64,000 bases of DNA from Marsupella aquatica. Its lineage: Eukaryota > Plantae > Marchantiophyta. Shown here piece after piece: positions 53,175 to 64,000 of the stretch (its first letter is position 1; every line of letters begins with the position of its first letter). The stretch lies in NCBI GenBank assembly GCA_973895155.1, contig OZ316891.1, forward strand, positions 12,398,771 to 12,462,770. The letters are read 5' to 3'. Position numbers and translations under genes: made by a program. The notes under the pieces are model-generated. The model was given only the letters and a program-made list of their open reading frames with translations, was not told the DNA's origin and did not search any database.

Positions 53175-55243
53175 TTTTAGATGAGATACCAGAGCTCCTC
53201 CAATGGTGATACAATTCTGACTTAAACGAATGCAACAAGTTTTCAAACTATCTTACGTGTCCCAGGGCTGAAAACAGAAACATCGTCCGAGCAAGTAAGG
53301 TATAGACCTGAGATCCCGAAATGCTGTCAAATGGTGAAATATGGAGAAAAAGTAACACTTCAAGCGATGCTGTTGGTGTTGCCAGTAGCATTTGTAACAT
53401 CTTACCACCTGGGTTGTCTGACATCTGCGACCTGCTCCTGGTTTCCACTTGGGTTCATGTCAACCTCGAAATGGCTCAACGGCTTTGTGTTTTTCTTTCG
53501 AAGAGCACTATTGGGCGAGAAGGCTATCTGCCTACTTATTAAACTGTTTCTCAAGAGTTTTTAAGGCGAAAGCAGGTATTGTATTAACCGAGACTAAACT
53601 GCAATATGCCCACACCATGAACAGAAAGAAGCTCCCCTTGGTTGTCATGTCAATTGTTTCCTCCAAGGTGAGCGACATCTGTGGTTATTTCCAAGAAATG
53701 TCAGGTTATTTGTGAAAGATGTCAACATGGTGGGCTCCATGCTGTTGGAAGAACTATCGAAAGGGGTTGCAAGGAGAATCTACAAGCTTGCCAACAATGG
53801 TCACTCTCCTGCATTCCACCAGAGACGGGCCATAACTCTTTGCATTTTGAATTTTGCAGAATTGAGAATATTTCTCAGTCATCTCTCAGGATGATTGCTT
53901 TGAGGAGAGATTCGAGACAGCCACTTCGCTTCCTTAGAAATAGTGCAATAGCTTCAGTTATTTATCTAGTTTTTGAAAATATACATGGGTCAAACTCAGT
54001 ATGTACTCTTCCGATCATGTCGATCTTTTTAGAACGTGTGATCTCATCTTGACATCTTGTTGCCTTGAATGCAGTTTGCAGTTTCTGTTATTACTTCAAC
54101 GTTCTGCTTGTGTGTGAGAGTCGTCCCTAGGACTAACCCCTGATGGCGCGAATTGTTCTTGGTACATATGAAGTCTACAATCCAATCAAGTTTCTTGAAG
54201 CCTTGTCCCAGTAATTTAGCCTCTTGTGGGATCTGATATCACAACAAGGCTATACACAAGGCTTCAAGAAAGCTTGCCACAGAACTATGATCAAATTCTG
54301 ATACATGATCGATTGTGTTGTTAAAAATTGCAACACCTCGAACTTAACTTCCAAGAGGCGCCAATTTTCCGCATGTCCCTTCTAGTGGAGTCCATTCAAG
54401 TTCTATGACTCTTCAAGATTCTACAGCGAATTGTTTTGCAAAGTAGCACAACAATGCTGGCTCCAAGCACCTGATCTTGACCAATTCTGATGTAGAGAGC
54501 TCAGCCAGACTTAACCATTTCATTTCTCAATGCTCAAATCTATGCTCAAATGGAATACTTGAAGTTTGGAGAGGGTGAGGCAGATGGAATTCAGGAATCC
54601 TTCACCTGGCGATTTCGGGATCAAATTGAGTTACCTACTGTGCATATTATCACCAATGGAGCGAGTGCATCATTCTCTTGGAGGAAGCCTTTGGAGTGTT
54701 TTCTGATTGTTTTGGCAGACATTAGAGCTCGTCGCAAGCAAGCTTTGCATCTTTCTGCGCACTTATGAAACCAGTACTTCAATAAAAGTGGAGCTCATAA
54801 AACAAAGGTGCGCCAGAAGAACTTTCACCAGTGCAGTGTTGTGGGTGATTGTCAGGATGGGGGCACCGGAACGCCAAAGTGCAATGGGTCATAAGCTGTT
54901 GAAACAGCAAATGGCCAATGGCCGCATATTAGGAAAACATGCTGAAACAGCATAGCTTTTAGGCCTGAGTCCTACTTTCTAGGCAGAAACAAAGCCCATT
55001 GGTCCTGTCAACAGAAAATACATTCTCTCATGAAAAGCGGCCAAAGGGCCTTACTCCATGTAAGACATCAACAAAACATTTTGTTTGGGATGGCTTGCCA
55101 AGCAATCCTAGACTACGCAGGGAACGAGAATGTGCACATGCAATAAAACCAGCTCCTAAGGGTGCTACAGCGTCTCCATCTATATCTACTACGTTTTCAA
55201 ATGGAGTGCTTCACTAGTATTGGATACTGCAAAATGTATGTAA

Positions 55244-58200
55244 CTAGTCCGAATAACCCGTGTGCATACATAGGAATGGCTCACTTACCCAAAGTCCCCA
55301 TGCCCTTCCCTACTCACAAGCATAGACAGTCTCGATAATAAAATTGGTTGTGCAAAATTTTCTTGGTTGAAGTTCTGCGAGTTCCCTCCTCACAAGCATA
55401 GACAGTCTAGATATTAAAATTGGTTACGCAAAATTTTCTTGGTTCAAGTTCTGCGAGTTTTTCTCTGTTAAAATTATGGCCTATGGTTCCTTCACTCTAG
55501 TGAGTAAGTCATGAAGGGTAGATTTTGATGGTGAATTATAGCATAGATGTTTGGAAAGCCACTTGTTTTGGAAAATACTTCATATGTTAAAATGCATGTA
55601 CGGTTTTGGAACCACCCTGCAAAGATAGGACATTAAGAGGCAAAAATGGCCACTTCCACGCTGAATCTCAAGCAATTGCAAGACATTGAACTTCTCACCC
55701 TTGCACCACTTATGTTTGTTAGATCATATCTAGTTGGGATTAATTGACGTGCTTGTGTTGTCCCCTCTTTTCCTAGCCACGCTATTGTACCTTCATTGAT
55801 TTGTGACTTAAAGTGAAAATAACAATCAATATGTTTTCCATAAAGTCTAGGTCCAGAAGCGCCATCATGGGGCATATGTCAGTGTGAGTTTTGCTGGCCT
55901 TACTCAAGTTGATTGACAATTTAGGGCGATGTTGGCATGGGGATCCTGCTCCCTACGGCTACACTGGGCACAATGTACATCCACTCACCTAGTTCCCTTT
56001 TCCACATTTTAGTGTTTGGGTTCAGTGTTCGTGGTAACTCACATTTCAGCCAAAAGCATGTTTTCATTTGCAGTTTTTCAGACCCCAGACCTTACGGAAA
56101 ACCTTAATATATGGTTCAATTTAAAAACATATTTTTAGATCCATTTTTGGATTGTACCTTAGGGATCCAAGCTATGAATTTTATTAGAGTTTCAATTATG
56201 TATAATTTAGGTCAATAGCTACTACAATTGCCACCAAGAGGCTATGTACGTACATCCAGTAAAATTTCACAGAACTTCCTCACACTCTTGAACATATCTA
56301 TAAGTTTGCAGATTAATTGGGGGAAAAGGTACAAATACCTACTAGACCTGCTGAAGAAGGTGGTTGAAGCGCTTACTTATGTCCCCGTCTTAGTAGAGGT
56401 TTGTCTGTCAAGTTTACTACCTAACACCTGGGACCACTTGATGAGTAAGGCTTACTGTAACAATGTTTATCGCCCTTAAGCAAGGTTGTAATTTATGAAA
56501 AGTGCTTCACAGGAAGACGACTGTTACTGGCCAAATATGAGCTGGAAGAATTTGGTACAATTTTTAAAAATATCACGTGAAGAAAGATTTCACCAACCAC
56601 CCAAACATTGAAGGAATCTGGAAGCAGTGGGTTATTCAAAGGTTGGAACTTTCCAGCTGAGCCGATTGACTGTTGTTAGAGTGTCCAAAATTAGCTAGAT
56701 CATGCCAAATCGATGTAGCTTTGGCCATCATCATCTTGCAGTCTTTCAATGTTAAACTCATGATTGTTCTTGATGGTGGGAAGTTAAGAATGCATGGCAT
56801 TGCAATTGTGGGTCATGGGTTTTGTATGGTTAGTAGTGAAATTTCCCTCATGCCTTGGCATGCAAAGGCCCTTTAGGCTCATTCATATGCTAAGACTCCT
56901 TGTTATTACTACTGATGGCCAGCCAAGGATGATTATTCGAACAGTCTGATGTTGCACACACCTCCTACCAAACTCACATATGAAATTTCGAGTTTCATTT
57001 CAGTGTACGGTACGTCCTAATTCTCCTTGTCTTATTTTACATGACAACTACGAGTATATTGCCATTTGTTTTTTCTATCAACGTTTTGGGTGACAACAAG
57101 TTGGGTTGTGTAAAACAAGGACAACACTGATTGTGTGCATCTAGCTCTTTGCGAATCATTATTTTTTACTAGTACACCACTAAACTCACTTGAAGCTTCT
57201 GTTTCATCTGTAATGGCATCACTTACTTAATTTAGTGATATAGACTGAGGAAGAGTATAAATCTTCCATCCTGTTTAGTATCAGAGTGAGTTGTCTCCAG
57301 AAATCACCAATGCGAGATACCTTCCATAGTCTTGAGCTAGTTAATTTAGTTAAGCTATTAAATTGAGGAGCCATTTTCTTATCTTCTCAGACCAACGTCC
57401 CACTATAGAGCATATCTCTAACTATCATGTATAAGTTAAGATTAACACACATCACTTCAAATTGCCGACTCTTACTATGATAAATATTTGGTACTTCCAA
57501 ATTAGTTGCATGTGGGACGGTTCATATATACTACACCAGCTAACGAGCAAACTGGGAGCAAACTTTCTAGGAAATAATTAGTGGAGCGTGCAAGCTTAAC
57601 ACAAACTACTAATTTTTGCAAACGCTATGTATCCTAATCACTTCAGTCAAAGATTATGATTGCTGCTACACTGATTACCTTAATTAGTCTCACACACAAT
57701 GTTTAGGAACAAAGGTTTTTAAAGGATATCACCATAATTAATGTGTGTGAGACTATGTAAGAAGTGAGAGTAAATACATGTCATTCTAAATTAAAGTAAG
57801 TGAGATTATTTTTGGTGGGATGCAAATAGTGTGTGATGAACTCTGAATTGATGTGTGTAACTTAATTTATAAAAATATAAAAATTTCCAGTAGTAAAACT
57901 TATTTGCATAAAAAATAAAGGTCAATTAAAATTCAAACTTTATTAAAGTATGATGAATTGAAAAGCAGATTATGAATGCAATCAAAATCAAACTAGAATA
58001 CATTACATACAATAAACAAAACGGACTGCTTGTACTACTTCAATCCGAGTCTACTCTAAATCCATTCCAAGTCTAGATTGAATATATTGTCATGTCCAGA
58101 TTCATCATCTTATGATCTGGAATTGTCATTTTCAACTCAGAATCCACAGGGGGTTTTTTACTTAGTGTCATTTTTTGTTAATCCATACAAGACTAATCAG

Positions 58201-58292
58201 GAACCTACTTCTTATATGCTTCTGAGATTTTTAGTCACACCCTTATTAGCGTGTGTGGGACTATTTAAGGAGGGAGACTAAATAAGTTATGA
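55244..58292 (-). mobile_element. Probable non-autonomous Helitron
   Basis: Minus-strand 3' end CTAG|T at 55244 with a decayed hairpin CCCGTGTGCATACATAGG 9 bp inside; candidate 5' end A|TCATAACTTATTTAG at 58292; contains a ~76-bp tandem duplication (~55313-55458). The 5' boundary is speculative. Confidence 0.4.
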
Positions 58293-60477
58293 TACTAATT
58301 AAGGTAAACACTATAGCTCAGAAAGTTGATATGCTTTGTGGCTCAGTTGGGGCAGAGTTGTTGGAGATGCAAGTGGGACAGGGCCGTAGATGAAAGACTG
58401 CCCACCTGTCATTGTGCTACCTTCTTACCTGAGCATTGGGTGTGTTTGTTTTGGTCAGTTTTGTCCTATCTAACCTTTGGACAAATCTAACAACGAGAAA
58501 AATGTTGGTATGTTGGATGGCCAATAGTTGTTCCCACTCCCTTTGAATTTTCTGAGGTTTAATTTGCATAAATATGGCTTATAGCTTGATCAAGCTCTAG
58601 AATTGCAGTCGGGTCTTGTCCTTGTAGCCTAAGCCGATACTCCTTACAAGGACACTCATAAGAGCATTTTAGCCCCACAAAGTTTTCTGTCTCAGTCATA
58701 CATAAAGGTTTTGGGGCCGTACTGTTAGAAATTTAAATTCCTTCCCATTTACCTAAGCTATCCACCCTACCATTCTCTGAACATCGCAGTTTTGCCCTTG
58801 GCACCAATATGTTTTCATTTAATTAATTATTTTTTGAGCGAACCTAATTATTTACAGTTACTGTATTGGGAGGTGCTCCAGTAATAAGGTCGTGCACATC
58901 AGTACTATGGTACAGTAGCAAGCTGCTGTACCCAAATTGTACCCCTAAGTTCGTTAGGAGCAGTTAGGGGTGTACCACTGGAATCCCAAACCTACGGAAG
59001 GACGAGGGATTTTGACAGGCCAATAATGAGTACATGTACACTGACTATAGATCCCTGTACCAAACCTTTTTTGGGGGGTTTTCTTGATGTCTGGTTTGAA
59101 GGGAATTTGGTGAATCAATTATAGGATAGTAATATCACTTTCTTTATGAGATCACTACTCGGAGGAATATCAAATCTTGATTCAAAATTATACACCAAGA
59201 ATATCACGTTGATAATTTCACTAGGAAGTTCTGAAACGGAATTTAGTGGATATTCGGATCCTTCAACTCGAGAGCCTCCCCTTCCCCTTCACCTGCTTTG
59301 AAACTTGGACAGGCAGGGGATGCAAAAATACATTTTATAAATCAGAGACACATCTGAGCGTGGACCAAACTCAAATTCTTCCCCCTCTCTCCCCCCTCCC
59401 TCCCCACCTCTTTCCTGCAATTCAGAAGAAAAACCCGAATAAACAAGTAAAACAGTTGTCAAAAATTCAATCTCAGTCGTCTATCAGTTGTTGTGAGACG
59501 CCGACATACTTGTTTTGATCAGTCCTCCAATCTCCTTTATTATTCCAAGATAACGAGAAATCAAAGTGCCAATATCGTTTACAGGACTCAACACTAGGAC
59601 CACACTTGGAACCCCCCTTCAAAACAAAAATAACAAAAAGGAAAATCCTCGCCTTTGGGCATACGACCAAGAATAGAACAGAGGTATACAGCATATTTGT
59701 ACAGGTTCACATCTGTACATTGTAAGTATGAGCCTTGCAATCGTCACAAGGAGTACTGCACCCCTAATTGTGACTAAACTTATCTGCTGTATTGTTGGTC
59801 CGGTAATTGAGACTGACCAGAGGGCAATGACTCACTTCTGCCGCTGGGTTCGCTATCAGTGGAAAACATCGACAACAGACCTTTTGGACGATCGATGGGC
59901 CCCGTTCACCAGTCGAGGATTGACAGAAGGGCAATGGCCTTTGGCAAGAAGCTTATGGTGACTGGTTCAGTATCACCAGGCCCTGGTCAAATCTGGGTTA
60001 ACTTGTTGTATATACCACATTCTGCATCCTTGCTTTCATTTGAATAGGTCTACAAGTTGCATCGTTTTTGTTCTTGAGTGGAATGCTTTATTCAATGGGC
60101 TAAATTAAAGGCCATTAAGCAAAGACGACATTACCCCAGGTAGTCAACAGCCGAAAAACAAGCTGTGCATGTTTGCTGCGCTGGTTTGGGCTGGTGCCAG
60201 CCAATGTGATCCCTTTGTTAGAGGATCACATGGGCTAATTCAGCTACCAATGTGCTGGGTTTTGTGCATGTGGAGCAACCCTCCAGATAACTCCCTCTTA
60301 CTGCAGGGCATTGGTCGGGCATGGGTCTGAGACTTTCATTACAAAAGATACCCTCCGTGAACCAAACTTTATTTGTTTTCTCGAAAGCAGAGGATGTGTT
60401 GGCACCCTTATAGATGTATACTAGTAACTTGTCCAACTGATCATATCTTACCGGGAGAATGTTTTGCACCAAACTGG

Positions 60478-60680
60478 TTGCAGAGAGAAAAGTGCTTGGT
60501 GCACCCCTAATGAACATCAAGAGCTTAGAACGTACCCACATATTTTCTCTCACTTGGTGTGCCCTTTTGGATGACACCGCCTCTTGAGACAGAGGGGTGC
60601 ACCAAGTGAAGAAAAAATAGTGAGTAGGTTCAAGTCCCTAAAGTGATCAAAGGGCATCACCAACTAATAGTTTCTCAATC
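60478..60680. mobile_element. Degenerate ~200-bp foldback/MITE
   Basis: TATTTTCTCTCACTTGGTGTGCCC pairs with GGGTGCACCAAGTGAAGAAAAAATA, and the pairing extends outward to GAGAGAAA / TTTCTC. Confidence 0.6.
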
Positions 60681-60927
60681 TCAACTCCCTTTGTGATTTT
60701 TTCCCAGTCAAAGCTGATTTTTGGGGGGACATTACATTCCACAATTTACTCTAAACAGGACTTTACTGTACGCACAAACCTGGGTTCCATGGGGAAGTTT
60801 GAAGTCGTCAGTAAGAGTCGGTGAAAGCGAATTACCGGCGGTCAAAGGCGGAAGGTATATTGTCATGTACTTTCGGTCAAAAACAGGGATACCAGTGGTC
60901 CGCGGGTGCACGGGAGGAGAGGACAGT

Positions 60928-61041
60928 AAAGGAAAGGAAAGGAAAGGAAAGGAAAGGAAAGGAAAGGAAAGGAAAGGAAAGAAAAGAAAAGAAAAGAAAA
61001 GGAGAGGAGAGGAAAGGAAAGGAAAGGAAAGGAAAGGGAAG
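60928..61041 (+). repeat. (GGAAA)n/(GAAAA)n pentanucleotide microsatellite
   Basis: Directly visible pure-purine pentamer array. Confidence 0.95.
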
Positions 61042-62957
61042 GAGGGCAGCCAGATACGGCCTCCATCTACCGGTACCGGCTACGACCCCTCGCAACGCCC
61101 ACGTACTGGCCAGGCAGCAGGCGGTCGAGCCTTCGCCGTCGCAAGTGGGCCCCACCGAACGGCCAGCTTTCGCCGTCGCCATCGTGACGAGGTCTTTCCA
61201 GCTCACCGGTTCCCAGTTTTCCGCGCTGACTGCTGCGCTTGACATTGTCGAACGTCGATCGCTCGGAGTTGCAGCCTGTCCCTCCGGCGCCCCGGATAAA
61301 CATCCTATTGTCAGCTCCTTCGGACTGCTCGGTCCCTTCGAAAAGCACAGACGGAATGATCGAGCTTGAAAGAGGAAAATTACGAATTCAAACTTACTTG
61401 CTGGAGCTGACCGAGTCTAGCTTTCCAGTGATACCTTTTTATCAATTCAGAAACATGTTTGCGTAGCACGATGATCATATAACGCACGCCGCAATTGCAA
61501 TCATCTTAAAATCTCACAGCTCCTTCTTGTACTCGAAGCAAGCTATGGTGAACATTTGAACTGTGGGAAGCATGTTTAACTCTGGTTAGCACGAAAGAAG
61601 AAACTGGAATTTCCTAAAATTTGAGGCAGCTTGCTGGGCATTTGCCCATCTGCCTTGCTCACTTATGAGGTTCTGAGGTCGAAGCCAAAATGCAATTAGA
61701 CGTGGGCTCTAACTACCTGCCTATCACGCATAGAGTTCAGCCCGTATTATGAGAGATCATCCGAAAACGCTGATTGCAGCTTCTGGTGGCAAAAACTCGT
61801 GGTGGGTTGCATTGTAAACTATCGAGAGTTGATGGGCCTCACGAGAGTTAATCTGATTGACATGCCAAGTTTAACTTACGACGGACCACCCAGTGATGTT
61901 GTTCCGCTGTCCCTTTTGCCTTGAGATCGATGGATCCAAAGACTGCCATCACCTGGGTTGCGATCTTTGAAAACGACGTTCGGGTCGGTTACCTCGATCG
62001 TTTGGTCAAGCTTGCCCCTCACTGCATAAATGACTAGACAGCCGCAGACTGTGCCCTTTCGGATCTGCTGATTTGCTTATTTGCCTAAGTATCTACATGG
62101 CTTGAAAGTTGTGATCGGAACTTTTAGAAACTTAGTGTACTTGATTTACCCTAGATTGCTAGCAAGTATCGTTGATTCGTTGCCTTGGCTTGGTTTGCAA
62201 AGCTTGGAACTCTATAAGACGGCTTTTCTCAACTCCGAAACTTTGAAGCGACTCACTCCGAGTTTTCCTGGAACTCCATCATTGCTCAGAGAGTTAATCT
62301 CTTTAAAGTTACCCAAATAGATACTAGCTCGTTTCGCATGCAGTACTAGTCTCCTCCCTTCAATTCCATCTTGATTGCCGATTTTCTGTATCAAGTCGGC
62401 AAATTAGCATCAAATGAATTGGTCAGACAGCTCAAGTTTCTTCCGATTAAATCACTGGATCCATGGATTAATGATCACAAACAAGCTGTATAGTGCCAGT
62501 GCTGGCGGACCCCGTGGCGGAGCTATCGAGCAGGCTATCGAGTCGGCGCTTGAGCAATCAGTTGGCTACATCTATAAGTGGATTGTGATGTCCTAGCTAC
62601 GTACACAAGAACTGAATGCTCTAAAGGTTTCATTAATTGGGCCAGAACTCCGACCCAATTTCTTGCGTCGAAGTTTGCATACGGTCGCTCGACGGTGGTA
62701 CATGATTGCCCTAAGCTAGCTAGCTAGCTAGAGAGGTTTTTGTTTCCTCAGAGCTTACAAGGAACAGCAGCTTTTCGAAAGATTCCTTGATTTCAGTCCT
62801 TCAACGAGATCTGGTCCTTTCGTAAGAGCGATAGATTCTAGATTGCATGCTTGCATGTCCTTTAGGTCCTGATTGAGCAAATGATTGAGGCTAGCTAGTT
62901 ATTAGGCCCTGCCTTCGAATGGATGAATTTTATCTACAATCTGCAGCTGATAGACCT

Positions 62958-63333
62958 AAGTAGTTAGCCAGCACGGAGTTTGCAACAGATGCTAGCCTGG
63001 GATCGAACTAGCCATACATCACGAGCGTGAAACAACGTACTATTGAGAACCTTGAAGCTGTTGTAATCGATCATGCGCAATCACAGCTAGCACAGGTGGC
63101 TAGGCTGAGATGATGGATTCTGATGCACAGTTCGATGACTCTCATCTGCGATCTGCAATTAGTCCCAAGTAGCTAGCCAGCACGGAGTTTTCAACAGCTG
63201 CTAACCCGGGATCGAGCTAGCCATGCATCGAGAGCGTGAAACAAAGTACTGTTGAGAACCTTGAAGCTGTTTGTAATCAATTATGCGCAATCACAGCATA
63301 GGTCCTAGGTTGAGATGATGGATTCAGATGCAC
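62958..63333 (+). repeat. ~170-bp direct repeat x2 (spacing ~210 bp)
   Basis: AAGTAG(T/C)TAGCCAGCACGGAGTTT...GAGCGTGAAACAA...TTGAGAACCTTGAAGCTG...GAGATGATGGATTC at ~62958 and ~63167. Confidence 0.85.
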
Positions 63334-64000
63334 AATCCGATGCCGTCCGACAGTTCGATCAAGCAGATTGTTTATCTATTCCTACAAGCGTTCGATCGTA
63401 GGACAAGTTTCATTCATTACCTTATCTGTATGCCGGGCAGAAGGTACGAAAAAACCATTTTTTGTTCTTTGCCAGTGTGCTATATATTTTATCCACATAT
63501 AAGGATTGATTGATCTCTCGAGTTCTTGGATTTCTCCGTAGTCACCCTGCTAGAAGTCCAGCGCATAGAGATAGCTGGAGCGAGTAAGGGACTGTAGCTG
63601 GCAACAACCCCCTCGGAAGGGCTCGATTGTGCAGCAAGCTCAAGCTTACTCGATACGCCACGATCCAGAGGTTCTTGAGCGGCATGATTAATCGAATTGT
63701 TGCTGTCCACACTTCGAGCTCACAGCCGAGAAAGCGGCGGTTGAGCAATTCGATTTGCCGTTAGCACCTAGCTACTGGGAATGTGGTTGCTCAGCCAATT
63801 GAACAAGCGAGGGTCCTTTCTCTGGAGCTAGGCGTCCACAACTTCTTCCTGGCATGACAAGATGTCGAGTCCTCCTTCGTAACGATAAAATGCAATCCAT
63901 CTATCTAGCTGTCGACCTCCTATCGACAGGGATTAACAGGGAAAGCACGCCACACATGATTAAGTTCGTGATGCTATGAATTCGACTCCTATTCCCAGAA

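Noticed and set aside
60721-61369. KGKER-repeat ORFs
   Set aside because: They are produced by the (GGAAA)n microsatellite plus a GC-rich patch and are open in multiple frames.

Overview
Land-plant nuclear DNA, intron-rich and transposon-dense; a flagellated-sperm lineage is weakly suggested by the beta-tubulin tail. Host genes: an intact 3-exon beta-tubulin (+, 12830-15733), a decayed intron-retaining cytosolic HSP90 pseudogene (-), a multi-exon myeloid-leukemia-factor (MLF)-like gene (-, 32136-36930) and a ~12-exon LRR receptor-like kinase with an acidic C-terminal repeat tail (+, 45528-53174). Two Ty1/copia LTR retrotransposons lie on the minus strand. One is complete (24523-31465), with LTRs identical by eye and a CACAA target-site duplication (TSD), but a broken gag/protease region. 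The other runs off the left edge. Both have very long (1.6-2 kb) PBS-to-gag leaders that share a fixed-spacing motif. The left element's leader was hit twice, 300 bp apart, by the same non-autonomous TIR transposon, which has unusual ATTCA...TGAAT ends and a separate 8(9)-bp TSD for each copy. Also present: a mitochondrial rrn26 NUMT, MITEs, a probable Helitron, a pre-miRNA-like hairpin and several tandem repeats. All calls were made by eye, with no database searches.
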